A stretch of 64,000 nucleotides of DNA, taken from NCBI RefSeq assembly GCF_964204645.1, contig NC_134030.1, positions 16,368,110 to 16,432,109 of the forward strand, read 5' to 3'. Every line of letters starts with the position of its first letter. Position 1 is the first letter of the stretch. Under the pieces are notes generated by a model. It saw nothing but the letters and a program-made list of their open reading frames with translations, was not told the DNA's origin and searched no databases. Shown here piece after piece: positions 63,330-64,000 of the stretch. A program made the position numbers and the translations under genes. This DNA comes from Tubulanus polymorphus. Lineage: Eukaryota; Animalia; Nemertea.

Positions 63330-63974
63330 CCGTATTTTCCGGTGTACAAGTCGACCTGGTGTATAAGTCGAGGTCAAATTTTCAGTTTAAAAGGTTGTGC
63401 TAGGGCTATAGTCGGTGTATAAGTCGAGTTGCTTCTTCATGTGTTTACATATGTCACATTGAAAACAGTGCCGATGTCATTCTCATAGTAGTTGAGAGTC
63501 TTTACCACTAATTGCATTGGGATCTGTTGTTTCTAATATTAAATTACCGGATTGGTGCTCATTGTTTGTATCCACGTGTTGAATGTATAGTGTATACGTT
63601 GAATGCCGCGAGCCTGTAGTCTTATTATTAGACTGACCGTGTATTGATTATTGGCACGCTGCCACAGCATCGCGGCTTATATAAACACTATGATGAATAT
63701 ACGCGGTTTTCTTTCTCTTTTGATTTTTAACATTAGTTAATTTTGAAACATTTTCAAACTATAAGAAACTATTTTTATCAACATCCTAAATTCCAATTGG
63801 TATATGAGTGTAGCCTAACATAAATTAATATTCCATTTCATCATGGCGACCTTGAACTCTAAACATCGTCAGTTTAAAACGATATCGAAAGTGCAGCCGG
63901 TGTATAAGTGGACCTACGTTTTTTGGACATGATTTTTGGTCTCAAAAACTCGACTTATACACCAGAAAATACGG
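63330..63974. mobile_element. Non-autonomous Tc1/mariner (pogo-like) element
   Basis: TA|CCGTATTTTCCGGTGTACAAGTCGA ... TCGACTTATACACCAGAAAATACGG|TA; subterminal GTGTATAAGTCGA repeats. Confidence 0.88.
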
Positions 63975-64000
63975 TAAGAGTTCATCATTGTGCAACCCAC

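Overview
This is AT-rich, intron-containing animal (invertebrate bilaterian) genomic DNA, not prokaryotic. The main feature is a complete minus-strand Ets1/2 (pointed-P2-like) transcription factor gene. I reconstructed 8 coding exons by hand (53948 to 23157; 1512 nt, 503 aa; all GT-AG, phases consistent), with the QKVPSLSDL motif, PLTP MAPK site, PNT domain and ETS domain. The first coding exon of a divergently oriented ankyrin-repeat gene lies at ~62.2 kb. Both flanks are dense with transposon remnants: a decayed Ty3/Gypsy element (5' LTR, tRNA-Ser PBS) inserted in a LINE, RTE-X-like and L2/CR1-like LINE fragments, a probable solo LTR, many MITEs, and Helentron-type non-autonomous (HINE/DINE-1-like) elements with 154-bp internal arrays. 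The most interesting signals are: (1) HINE arrays whose units each carry a near-consensus CTCF motif, bracketing the Ets gene in outward-facing orientation; (2) a strong excess of TAGGCCTA/TACCGGTA palindromes that behave like transposon excision footprints and cluster at the Ets 5' end; (3) an intronic ETS+AP-1 motif cluster suggesting autoregulation. I found no clear novel protein-coding system.
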